From: an uncultured Desulfobacteraceae bacterium
GTDB lineage: Bacteria > Desulfobacterota > DSM-4660 > Desulfatiglandales > HGW-15
Assembly: GCA_964418945.1 (NCBI GenBank)
Contig: CAYQNR010000005.1
Span: 5,771 to 69,770 of the forward strand
Reading direction: 5' to 3'
Length of the DNA stretch: 64,000 nucleotides
Below are positions 18,062 through 26,972 of the stretch, in pieces. Numbering within the stretch: position 1 is the stretch's first letter; each line of letters begins with the position of its first letter. Under the pieces are notes generated by a model, which was not told where the DNA came from, did not search any database, and saw only the letters and a program-made list of their open reading frames with translations. Position numbers and translations under genes: made by a program.

Positions 18062-18550
18062 ATGGCAGGCATGGATAAACTAGAGAATGTTGTACGTGAA
18101 CCGAATGTCGTTGAACTAAAACCCTGGAAATCTATACACGATACTATTAAAGAGCCGATGGTTACCGGGCTGGGCACCATTGATATCCCGGAATCTGTCC
18201 TGGCAATGGGATTCGCCCGTATCACTGAACCTGATTCGCTGGGCAACCCGCCTCACAAACACCCCTTCGACCAGTGGATTTACCTCATCGGGGAGAGCAA
18301 TAACTTCGCCGACTTTGATGCGGATATTGAATTTACACTCGGCGATGAAATAATAAAAATCAATTATCCCTGTTATATCTTTGTTCCCAAGAACACAATG
18401 CATTGCCCGCTGGATATTAAACGCGTGGGCAAGCCGTTCATATTCATCGATGTCAGTATTACCCAGGAGGCGTCCGTTCGTCCGAAAAAGCTGGCAAAGG
18501 GCGGGCGGCCTAAATACGTCGCGAAAAAGAATAAAAAATCAAAAAAATAA
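18062..18550 (+). CDS. Cytoplasmic cupin-like protein, paralog C, with a Lys-rich tail
   Basis: It aligns with 2450..3097 (AMGFARI..HKHPFDQWIYLIGES..FDADIEFTLG..IFVPKNTMHCPLDIKRVGKPFIFI) but has no signal peptide. It ends KKLAKGGRPKYVAKKNKKSKK. Confidence 0.75.
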   Translation: MAGMDKLENVVREPNVVELKPWKSIHDTIKEPMVTGLGTIDIPESVLAMGFARITEPDSLGNPPHKHPFDQWIYLIGESNNFADFDADIEFTLGDEIIKINYPCYIFVPKNTMHCPLDIKRVGKPFIFIDVSITQEASVRPKKLAKGGRPKYVAKKNKKSKK

Positions 18551-18557
18551 GGAATCA

Positions 18558-18647
18558 GGGTCAGTTCTTCATTCTTGACAGATTCAGGCCTTTTAAAATC
18601 TCATTGATGTTCTTCTATACTATTTGTTAAATGTGAAGATCTGACCC
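18558..18647. repeat. Imperfect inverted-repeat element (REP/MITE-like)
   Basis: GGGTCAGTTCTTCATTCTTGACA (18558..18580) faces the reverse complement of TGTTAAATGTGAAGATCTGACCC (18625..18647). Confidence 0.45.
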
Positions 18648-18857
18648 CACTACTTCATAAGAACCGTTTAAAAGTGAAAATGCAGCATGGTAGCCTGATT
18701 CAGCCACAATTACTTTATTTGGCAATTTTTATCTTTATCTGAGTAAACGAGTGTGCAGGAAAGGAATAGACAATTTTGTTTCCTTTAACACTTATTTTTT
18801 TCATGTTTGTCCCCAACCAGCGTTTATTAATGTTGATCTATTATCAAAGGGTTTCGC

Positions 18858-20831
18858 TTAAAACGAAATCTTCCAGAGGTTAGCGCTGAGAGGTCCGGCC
18901 TTCAAACCGTTAACAATGGATACCGTACCCAAATCATGGATATCCACACCACGTTCCTTGCCTGGTGCGTTGTGGGAAGAATCGTTTTCACCGGTAATCA
19001 CATACTGTATCGCGCTTGAAGGAAGGTCCACACCTTCCAGGTTTAAGGTGATTTCCTCGTCCGTTGGGTTTACCAAACTAACGGTAAGAGTATCTGCTGT
19101 TTCATTCAAGGCGGCTATGATATCTAGGTGACCGATCTCTCCGTTTAATTTAAGCGGTTTTGAGCCAAAGTGGTTGCGATAGAGCTTCAGCACCAGGCCC
19201 GTTGAAGCAAACTCGGCTTCGGTATCGGTAGTCTTGATCGCGCCGATCACGTTCACGGTCTGAGCGTAGTTTGCCGCATGGATATATTCGCTCTGGCGAT
19301 AGAACTCATGCAGTCCCATGGCAATACCCAAGGCATCCTGCAGGTCGTAGATACAACCGAGCTCGCCATACACATAGTCACGGTGCCAGTAATTCCATTC
19401 ATCAAGGGCAATCGGTACAAAGCGTCCGTTCAGGCCTATGATTGAAGTCTGGAGTTTCTTATGGGTTTCGACGATGTCACGGATGGAGTCCTTGGCCATA
19501 GGTACATGTTCAAGAACAGGTTTACGCCCTTCCTGGCCCCAAGGCACGCGGCCGACATAAAAATGTTCGGACAACATGCTCATCCTATCCGCGCTGTCCT
19601 CCAGCATACCTCGTGACCAGGTTCGTTTGCGTTGTTTTGAATCCGGATCATAATCTTCATTAATCGTGTAGGCATTGCCGACTCCGACGAGCACGAGGTC
19701 AGGATCGGCTTCCCACATGGCTTTAGCCACGATGTTGTGTTTGATCGTGTAATGCTTGAGCTGCATGAAACCAAGCTGCCAGTTGCCGAACATCTCGTTG
19801 CCCACAGACCAGTATTTCACGTTGAACGGTTTCTTGTGACCGTTCGTAATGCGATATCTACCTCCGGTTGTATCTGCTCCGGAATTACAGTAATCCACCC
19901 ACTCGGCAGCGGAATGTGCATCTCCGAAACCGGTGTTAGCAGCGATCATGGGCTCTGCGTCGATCTCACGACAGAAGGCAATGAACTCATCGGTTCCAAA
20001 GTCATTATGTTCCACTCCAGTCCATGCTGGATTCTTCCGGGGAGGGCGGCGGTCGCGGTCACCGATACCGTCATACCAGTCGTATCCACTTACGAAGTTG
20101 CCTCCCGGCCATCGGTAAAGGGGAGCATTTAGTTCCTTTAGAAGTGTGATGGTATCCCTGCGCATCCCATCGATGTTGTCTCCCGGCATAAGAGACACAG
20201 TACCCACAAAAACTTCACCATCGAGGACTTCGATTCTCAATGTCGCCTTATTGGTATCTTCAAGTGCAACGAACTCAAACTCAGTCTTTTCATACTCACC
20301 CGCTCCGATGGAGATTACCTTGCTGGCACTGAGGTCGCCACTGAACTTGAGAGAGACTTTGACGCGTGCTCCTTCCTTGCTGTCTGACCTGAGCCAGATG
20401 TAGCCCACGTATTTTTTCCCGAATACAACACCCAGGTCGTGCTGCTGTATCGTCACTCCCGCCTTTAGGTGCGGGGTATGATCTCCCACAAAGGAATCTT
20501 CCTCAACCATGGTTACCAAAAAGGCGTCTCCGATGATCTCCCACGGAGAGGCGCCGACGACTGGATAATCTGTATCTGTAAGACTCACGTACGGTGCGTA
20601 GTCTTCAGTTATCGGGAAATAAAATTTCCGGTCCTCAAGCATCTCAGCCCAGATACCGCCATAAATACAGCGTCCCAGGTGCTCGATAAATTGACCGTAA
20701 ATGAATGGATTGATGTGCGCCCCCCGGTCTTTCAGGTCCAGTTTTACAGTTACGGTTTCGGCTTTCAAAACCGGAGTCATTAACAGACTCAGGGCCAATA
20801 ATTCAAGAAAGAATGCTCGTATGGTTTTCAT
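18858..20831 (-). CDS. Secreted GH51-type alpha-L-arabinofuranosidase with an N-terminal CBM-like extension
   Basis: ATG at 20831, with signal MKTIRAFFLELLALSLLMTPVLKA|E. GH51 motifs: YRWPGGNFVSGYDWYDGIG, WSVGNEMFGNWQLG (acid/base Glu) and ALDEWNYW (nucleophile Glu). Confidence 0.8.
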   Translation of the reverse strand: MKTIRAFFLELLALSLLMTPVLKAETVTVKLDLKDRGAHINPFIYGQFIEHLGRCIYGGIWAEMLEDRKFYFPITEDYAPYVSLTDTDYPVVGASPWEIIGDAFLVTMVEEDSFVGDHTPHLKAGVTIQQHDLGVVFGKKYVGYIWLRSDSKEGARVKVSLKFSGDLSASKVISIGAGEYEKTEFEFVALEDTNKATLRIEVLDGEVFVGTVSLMPGDNIDGMRRDTITLLKELNAPLYRWPGGNFVSGYDWYDGIGDRDRRPPRKNPAWTGVEHNDFGTDEFIAFCREIDAEPMIAANTGFGDAHSAAEWVDYCNSGADTTGGRYRITNGHKKPFNVKYWSVGNEMFGNWQLGFMQLKHYTIKHNIVAKAMWEADPDLVLVGVGNAYTINEDYDPDSKQRKRTWSRGMLEDSADRMSMLSEHFYVGRVPWGQEGRKPVLEHVPMAKDSIRDIVETHKKLQTSIIGLNGRFVPIALDEWNYWHRDYVYGELGCIYDLQDALGIAMGLHEFYRQSEYIHAANYAQTVNVIGAIKTTDTEAEFASTGLVLKLYRNHFGSKPLKLNGEIGHLDIIAALNETADTLTVSLVNPTDEEITLNLEGVDLPSSAIQYVITGENDSSHNAPGKERGVDIHDLGTVSIVNGLKAGPLSANLWKISF

Positions 20832-20986
20832 TAGAATGCCGGTTGAAGCTATGATGTTGTTAAAATTCAACAGTATTTTCGAATTAGTACTAGATAATGA
20901 ATTGCAGGACTCAGGCTGTAGAGCCAACGGCCTCAGTCCTGCTTCATGATATATAACGCCCTACCAAACCTGAATACGATTATAAA

Positions 20987-21379
20987 TCAGAATTTGACTA
21001 CCTCTGGTTCTCCTCCAAAAGAGTAAAAGGTAGCCGTGGCATCTTTAAGATATAAAACCTGGGTATTGTCGTCGTCAGCTGAATACATGGATTTTAACTG
21101 GGGATATGCATCCAGCATTTTCTGTTTTGGTTCAGTCCTGTCATCCTCAACAGCGATAGCTTCCACACGAACCCATTTGTCATCTGAAAAAGCGCAGATT
21201 TCAATCTTGGGGTTTTTCATAATCTGTTTTGAAACATTCTTTACCTTCCCGGTTTGGATATAGAGCTTATCCTCAAACATCAGCACAGTACCGAAGGGGC
21301 GTACTCTAGGTTGGTCGCCTTCTGTCGTTGCGAGATAGTATATTCCACACTTTTTTAAAAATTCATAGACTTCTTCCAT
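20987..21379 (-). CDS. Pyridoxamine-5'-phosphate-oxidase-like FMN-binding split-barrel protein
   Basis: The 130-aa protein reads YLATTEGDQPRVRPFGTVLMFEDKLYIQTGKVKNVSKQIMKNPKIEI. Confidence 0.7.
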   Translation of the reverse strand: MEEVYEFLKKCGIYYLATTEGDQPRVRPFGTVLMFEDKLYIQTGKVKNVSKQIMKNPKIEICAFSDDKWVRVEAIAVEDDRTEPKQKMLDAYPQLKSMYSADDDNTQVLYLKDATATFYSFGGEPEVVKF

Positions 21380-21589
21380 AGTCCATTCCTCCTTGTATTT
21401 TTAATTGACTTTCTATCTATGATAAAACTTATCAATACCGGCTATTCAGTTTTCATCTTTTCCCTGACCTTGGCAAAATATGTATCAAAGGCCATGATCT
21501 TGTCGAGATTCGGATGTTTCCTGGCACCGGACTCGCCATCAAAGTACATAAGCTGCTGTTCGTTTTCATCAAATGCAGGCCGTTTCGGG

Positions 21590-23527
21590 CTAGATAGTCA
21601 TAGCCGCGTCAAAAGCGCTGGTTGTGGCATTCCAGAGACCAGCCTGTTTGTCGTTGCTGTCACCGACAACATAACTCTCAATCACTGTAGCCCTTAACTG
21701 TCTGATGATTTCATAATTAGCGTTCGCTTTGATACCTAACGCCAGGATAACAGTGTCAAACACCGGATTTTCTTCTTTGTTGTCCTTTTTGATAACAACA
21801 TAATCTTTCGTTACATCAATCAACTTTGTCTCAGGCCTAAAGTCAACGTTATGCTTTTCTAATATGTCGAATAGTGCGTAAGCATTGATCGGTGAGGAAT
21901 CTGTCCCGAGCTTTTCCCGGGACAGAACATCGATTAAAGTCACAGTTTTGCCAGCCTGTAAAAGGTTCAAAGCCGTTTCACAGCCTGTCAAACCGGCACC
22001 GACGATTAAGATATTCCTGCCAATATGAATATTGTCCTTATCTATATCACCGACCCAAATAACTTTTGACCTATCTTGATAGGTGAACTTCGGAATGTTG
22101 GGGGGAGCCCCAACAGCTATAATAAGGGCGTCTGCGTTTTCTTTGGCAATCAGCTCGGGAGTCGCCTCGGTAGAAAGTCTCACATCAATATTCGCGCATT
22201 GTCCTGTCATTCGAACAGACCACTCAAGATATTCTCGCAAATCTGTTTTAAAAGAGGCTCTGCTAGCTTCATATAAGAGTCCACCTAATCGCGGATTCTT
22301 TTCAAACAAGATGACGTCATGCCCCCGTTCAGCTGCAGTTCTGGCGGCTTCCAGACCAGCCGGACCACCACCGACGACAACGACTTTTTTCTTGCTTTTT
22401 GACGCGGGAATATACTGATAATCCAGTTCACGTCCCAACACTGGATTAACCGCGCATCGAGGGGGTTTCATCTCAAAGTGGCTTCTACTGATACATATAT
22501 TACAGCGTATACATGGGCGAATCTTATCCTCCTGACCACGTTCCAATTTATTCACGGTTTCCGGATCAGCGATTAGTTGGCGACCTAAAGCGACCAAATC
22601 CACCTTTCCTTCCGCTATGGCCTTGTCAGCCGCTTCCAAAGTGACCGCGCCAACAACACTAACCGGGATATGCAGGGCTTTTTTAAACTTGGCGGCGTAC
22701 TCAATGTTAATGTTATGGTCCATGTAAGTCGGGGGGAAAATATATGGTGTTAGCTTATTGATAGCCAGATTACCCCTGGAGACATGTAAGATGTCGACTT
22801 TATCCTGGATGATCTTAGCGAATTCAATGACCTCCTGGATGTCCGGTGATCCGGGAACCATGTCAATGGCGCTGATACGGTACTCAATCGCCAACTTGTC
22901 ACCAACCTCGGCCCGAATGGCCTCAAGAACCTCAACCGCGAAACGACATCGATTCTCAAAAGACTGGGGACCATATTGATCTGTCCGTCGATTAAATACT
23001 TTTGAAAACAGAAGGGCGGGTAATTGGCAATGGGCACCGTGAACCAAAACCATATCTCCATCAGCCTTCAATACCGTGGCTGCCGCCTTCGCGTAGTCCT
23101 CGATAAGATCTTTAAGTTCTTTTTCGGTCAACAAATTACAGTCGATTTCCATTGGTATGCCGACGGAGCTCTCAACTTCGTGTGTGCCGAAGTATGAAGC
23201 GATTGGTACAAATTCAACACAAGCTTTTGAGCCAAAGCGTTTAACCGCTTCACACCATTCCGACAGATAGACGACCATAAAATCATCACTCATCCCAACA
23301 ATATGATGAGCTACAGGCGGCAACACTCGATTTATAAACCCGCAACCTAAAGTAACCGTTGCTGCCCCACCTTTACCGAATGGTTTGGAAAACTCTATCA
23401 TCTCTCGAGTAATGTGATTATCGTAGGAAGCCAGAAAGTTGTAAATTGGGGCATTAGTAATACGGTTTTTAAGAATCAAATTTCCTATTTTGATGGGTTT
23501 AAGTAGATTTGGATATTTGGTAATCAT
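21590..23527 (-). CDS. OYE-type flavin/Fe-S/FAD oxidoreductase (2-enoate reductase / 2,4-dienoyl-CoA reductase family)
   Basis: An N-terminal TIM-barrel OYE region is followed by the cluster motif CIRCNICISRSHFEMKPPRC and then VVVVGGGPAGLEAARTAAERGHDVILFEK. Confidence 0.85.
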   Translation of the reverse strand: MITKYPNLLKPIKIGNLILKNRITNAPIYNFLASYDNHITREMIEFSKPFGKGGAATVTLGCGFINRVLPPVAHHIVGMSDDFMVVYLSEWCEAVKRFGSKACVEFVPIASYFGTHEVESSVGIPMEIDCNLLTEKELKDLIEDYAKAAATVLKADGDMVLVHGAHCQLPALLFSKVFNRRTDQYGPQSFENRCRFAVEVLEAIRAEVGDKLAIEYRISAIDMVPGSPDIQEVIEFAKIIQDKVDILHVSRGNLAINKLTPYIFPPTYMDHNINIEYAAKFKKALHIPVSVVGAVTLEAADKAIAEGKVDLVALGRQLIADPETVNKLERGQEDKIRPCIRCNICISRSHFEMKPPRCAVNPVLGRELDYQYIPASKSKKKVVVVGGGPAGLEAARTAAERGHDVILFEKNPRLGGLLYEASRASFKTDLREYLEWSVRMTGQCANIDVRLSTEATPELIAKENADALIIAVGAPPNIPKFTYQDRSKVIWVGDIDKDNIHIGRNILIVGAGLTGCETALNLLQAGKTVTLIDVLSREKLGTDSSPINAYALFDILEKHNVDFRPETKLIDVTKDYVVIKKDNKEENPVFDTVILALGIKANANYEIIRQLRATVIESYVVGDSNDKQAGLWNATTSAFDAAMTI

Positions 23528-23734
23528 CGTTTTTTCTCTTTTTCTTTTTGTCAGTTAGGATGGACTGCTCTGTCAATGTCCTGGTATATTACGACTAGAT
23601 ATTCTAATCTTCACTTTCGCCAAAGTGTAGATTACCAAAATAATACTTCAACTCGATCAATTCTGAAAGCGTTCATATAAATTCTAAACTGGACTACTTA
23701 TCGAACTCTATAGAATTTAGGTATAAGATTGTTT

Positions 23735-23950
23735 TTATGTGATTTGATCCAGTTTTTTGGCCACTTCCTGCATCTGCGGTCGAGAAAGAATTCCCTGGTC
23801 TAATAGTATCGATCCGATACGTCTGTGTTTTCCTGTAAATAAATTCTCTTTAACCTGAATATCCAGTGCATCCACAATCTGATCGGGAGAAGCGAATCCC
23901 ATTCTTACAGCTAACACACCAAATCTAATTTCAATATCTTCTGTTTCCAT
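23735..23950 (-). CDS. Stand-alone T2SSE_N/MshEN-like domain protein (71 aa)
   Basis: Two copies of the RxGxxLLxxGxL....L...L..Q-type motif are present: RFGVLAVRMGFASPDQIVDALDIQ and RIGSILLDQGILSRPQMQEVAKKL. Confidence 0.6.
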   Translation of the reverse strand: METEDIEIRFGVLAVRMGFASPDQIVDALDIQVKENLFTGKHRRIGSILLDQGILSRPQMQEVAKKLDQIT

Positions 23951-24036
23951 TTTCCCCTCTAATAAAGCAATATCTTATAAAAGGTGGAGTCTGTTCAAGG
24001 ATTATGCCAGTAATAGGATTTTCTATAATCAAGATA

Positions 24037-24999
24037 TTAGTGCTTAGTGACGGGGTTATTCAGATATTCGGGGAAATTGGCTAAGTCCGCCCTTAAGCTA
24101 TGACCCCTCTGTACGGACAAACTATCCATAGCAAAAGCAACACGACCGCTTACGTCTTTCAAGAGGAGAAGGTCATTTTTTCTGAATCCTTTTGGTCTTG
24201 AAAGGGAGTCAACATAGATCACGCCTCTGATACTATAACGGCTGGTTATGGGCACACACATGGCCGACCTTATATTCATTAACTGTAAGGATTCGGTGAT
24301 TTTATCATCTTCATCTTCCTTTTCATCTGAATCTTGAACCATTACAGGTTTATCCATAATCAGGGCCTTCTCTACTAATTCCCTGTTATAAATCTTCTTT
24401 GGATGATCAACCGGTTTCCTTGATCGATATGTTATATTAATAAAATCTCCTGTTTGATCGTCAATTGTAATAATGACGCACCGATCAACCCTCTTGAAAA
24501 GATCAAATATACCATCCAATAATTTATTGAATATTCCCTTGAGATCTTTCGATTCCATGAGGGACCTGTTCATGTTATAAATAAATTCCAGATTCTTTTT
24601 AATGGTCAGAACCCTGTTCGGGTTAACAAACTCTCCGTGTTCATCTACTTCGTTGCTAAAACCTGCTGAATCCAGAAACGGCTTAAGAGTTGATTCGGAC
24701 ATCTTGCCAAGGCCGAGGATTGTCATCCCGATCACTATGGGAACGCCCTCTTTTACCTCAGTTTCAACTCCAGGATTTAAGTCTTTACCGTCCACAAAGG
24801 TCCCGTTTTTGCTGCCCAGATCTGTTATAAAATACCTGTTACCTTCGATGCGGATCTTGAAGTGATTTCGGGAAATATTTCTATCCGCTATTTTTATGTC
24901 ATTTGCGGAATGCCTGCCTACAAGGTATACTTTACCCGGCTTCAATTTGAAACATTCGCCCTGTCCTTTTCCAACCAGTATAAACAGATTGAATTCCAT
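24037..24999 (-). CDS. FHA-domain plus GAF-domain signalling protein
   Basis: The FHA core is GKVYLVGRHSANDIKIADRNISRNHFKIRIEGNRYFITDLGSKNGTFVDG. The C-terminal half is GAF-like (...AMCVPITSRYSIRGVIYVDS...). Confidence 0.8.
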   Translation of the reverse strand: MEFNLFILVGKGQGECFKLKPGKVYLVGRHSANDIKIADRNISRNHFKIRIEGNRYFITDLGSKNGTFVDGKDLNPGVETEVKEGVPIVIGMTILGLGKMSESTLKPFLDSAGFSNEVDEHGEFVNPNRVLTIKKNLEFIYNMNRSLMESKDLKGIFNKLLDGIFDLFKRVDRCVIITIDDQTGDFINITYRSRKPVDHPKKIYNRELVEKALIMDKPVMVQDSDEKEDEDDKITESLQLMNIRSAMCVPITSRYSIRGVIYVDSLSRPKGFRKNDLLLLKDVSGRVAFAMDSLSVQRGHSLRADLANFPEYLNNPVTKH

Positions 25000-25225
25000 T
25001 TGGGTCTTTACCCTGCGTGTATTAAAGAATAAGGAATCTTTAGATAAATAGAACTAACATATATTATACATTAATTTTTGTGGCTTGAAAACATTTTAAG
25101 ATACCGGCATCCAAGAAAAAATGCCAAGAATTGTTGCTGAGTGTTCCGGGCTGTGAAAAAGGTATAGATCAGGTAGAAATAGAGATTATTGAACTCAAAT
25201 CCAGTTCTGTTAGAATGTCAACTGA

Positions 25226-25608
25226 TCATTTGTCTGCGTTCTTCCTCATTTTCTCCTTGAGAATAAGGATGACGTTGGCTGCCGCTCCGATCAGAAACAA
25301 GGCTGGGAAGACGATAACAGCTAGGACAAAAAAAGCGGTTCATCCCCGCCGGGACCCCAGAATTCTTCACCAAACAAGGCGATAAAAAGACCATACACGA
25401 AATTGTGTACTATCACGCAGACCGGCATGCCTGTGGCTGAAACGCCGGTCAATATGAACAGCCTCTTCTGTGTTTTGCTCTCGCCATATCTGCCTGTCAG
25501 CACCGTAAGCACCACCCCCAGGACACCGAATGCAATCGCGAGGGCAGCAAGGAGGGGAAACGGAAGTCTTATGCCTCGCCCGACCGCCAGCGCGAGAACA
25601 ATATGCAG
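25226..25608 (-). pseudogene. Small membrane protein interrupted by a frameshift in a homopolymer
   Basis: The frame ...LTGVSATGMPVCVIVHNFVYGLFIALFGEEFWGPGGDEPLF runs into a T7 run (forward A7 at 25328..25334). It continues in the next frame as FVLAVIVFPALFLIGAAANVILILKEKMRKNADK*. The start codon is unclear. Confidence 0.3.
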
Positions 25609-25922
25609 CTATTTATGATTATTAGCAGTAATTGGATGATATCACAATCAGTTCTTGATTCTAAATTATATTTTAATCGAAGGAACGGGGGACTCGGTTT
25701 TAGCAAGTGAAGGTATTCCGTGATGTTATCCGCCATGCTTTTTCTCTGGACACTAGAGTGAGGCCTATAGTATGTAAATTATACGCGATTGGTGGATAGA
25801 ACAGGTTAAATATTTCTCACCATTGTTTTTTAAATAATATCATTTTCGGAGTTACCCATCAGATTGGCAAAATCTCCCACAGAGTATTGGCGGCCCGCTG
25901 TGGTTAATAAAAGAGGTTATTG

Positions 25923-26972
25923 ATGGATACAGAGAAGGTATCTACCCTGACGGGAAGTAAAGGTGGTTCGGACAGGCTGGAATCCGTAATAAGCGGATCT
26001 ATTCTTTTTTTCCTGGTCATAATAGGCATCTTGATATTTTTTCAGCAGTTCCGTTACGACGAGGATAAGTTCAGTGCTTCGGTCATACAGCCTGGATCAG
26101 CTATTGATACAACGGCCTCTTCGTCAGAGGCAAAGGTTTCCCTCAAAATTCTCGGTCTGGAGCCTGAAAATTATATCTCCATGTCCGACCTGGAATCTTT
26201 CGACCAATATACCTTATCCGATAAAATAAACGGAAAGGCCGACGGGTATCTGGCTTCCGGCTTTGTTCAACTGGTTTGCACACGATTTGTCCATTCCTCG
26301 AATCAGGAAAACTGGTTTGAATTCTTTCTTTACAATATGGGTTTCCCGAGAAACTCGTTCTCCGTCTACAGCAAGCAAAAACGTGAAGGGGTTACGGAAC
26401 AGGATTTTACGAAATTTGCATATTCCACTGAAAACGCGGTTTTTTTTGTCCATGGCAAATATTACATTGAAATCGTCGCGGCTGTGGAGGATGAAGCCGT
26501 CATCCAAGATATGATTTTAATGGCCAAAAACTTTATGGATAAATTCCCGGGAGGCACTGTTGAGTTGCCGGAGTTGGAATATCTACCGGCCGATAATCTG
26601 GATCGAGAGAGTTTAAGCCTAATACTTAATAACGGATTCGGTTTCAAGGATTTCGATAACATTTTTACCGGGACTTATAGGTTGGAAGGCCATAGAATAC
26701 TGGCCTTTGTATCCTTGAGGGAAACCGCTGAAGAGGCAGAATCTCTCGCCATTGCTTATGATAGGTTTCTGTCCGAGTTTATAGGCCAGGAAAGGCTTGA
26801 ACCGGAAAGGGATCAAATCCCTGGAGTGAAGATAGCGGATCTATTCGGTGAGTATGAGATCTTTTTTGTAAAGGGTAATGTCCTCGCAGGCATCCACGCC
26901 GCCTCGGACAAGGCAATTGGAGAAGAAATAGCCTTTCAACTTTATACGAGAATAAGCGAGCTGGTGAAATGA
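25923..26972 (+). CDS. Membrane-anchored hypothetical protein (possibly DUF6599-like)
   Basis: There is a single N-terminal TM helix (ISGSILFFLVIIGILIFF). LSDKINGKADGYLASGF resembles the INGGAExY motif I associate with DUF6599, from memory and unverified. The stop overlaps the next start (ATGA). Confidence 0.6.
   Translation: MDTEKVSTLTGSKGGSDRLESVISGSILFFLVIIGILIFFQQFRYDEDKFSASVIQPGSAIDTTASSSEAKVSLKILGLEPENYISMSDLESFDQYTLSDKINGKADGYLASGFVQLVCTRFVHSSNQENWFEFFLYNMGFPRNSFSVYSKQKREGVTEQDFTKFAYSTENAVFFVHGKYYIEIVAAVEDEAVIQDMILMAKNFMDKFPGGTVELPELEYLPADNLDRESLSLILNNGFGFKDFDNIFTGTYRLEGHRILAFVSLRETAEEAESLAIAYDRFLSEFIGQERLEPERDQIPGVKIADLFGEYEIFFVKGNVLAGIHAASDKAIGEEIAFQLYTRISELVK

Noticed and set aside
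21442-21549. A 35-codon ORF (MYFDGESGARKHPNLDKIMAFDTYFAKVREKMKTE) between the enoate reductase and the PNPOx-like gene.
   Set aside because: It has no RBS and no recognisable motif, and it starts inside an otherwise start-less open frame. It cannot be supported from sequence alone.
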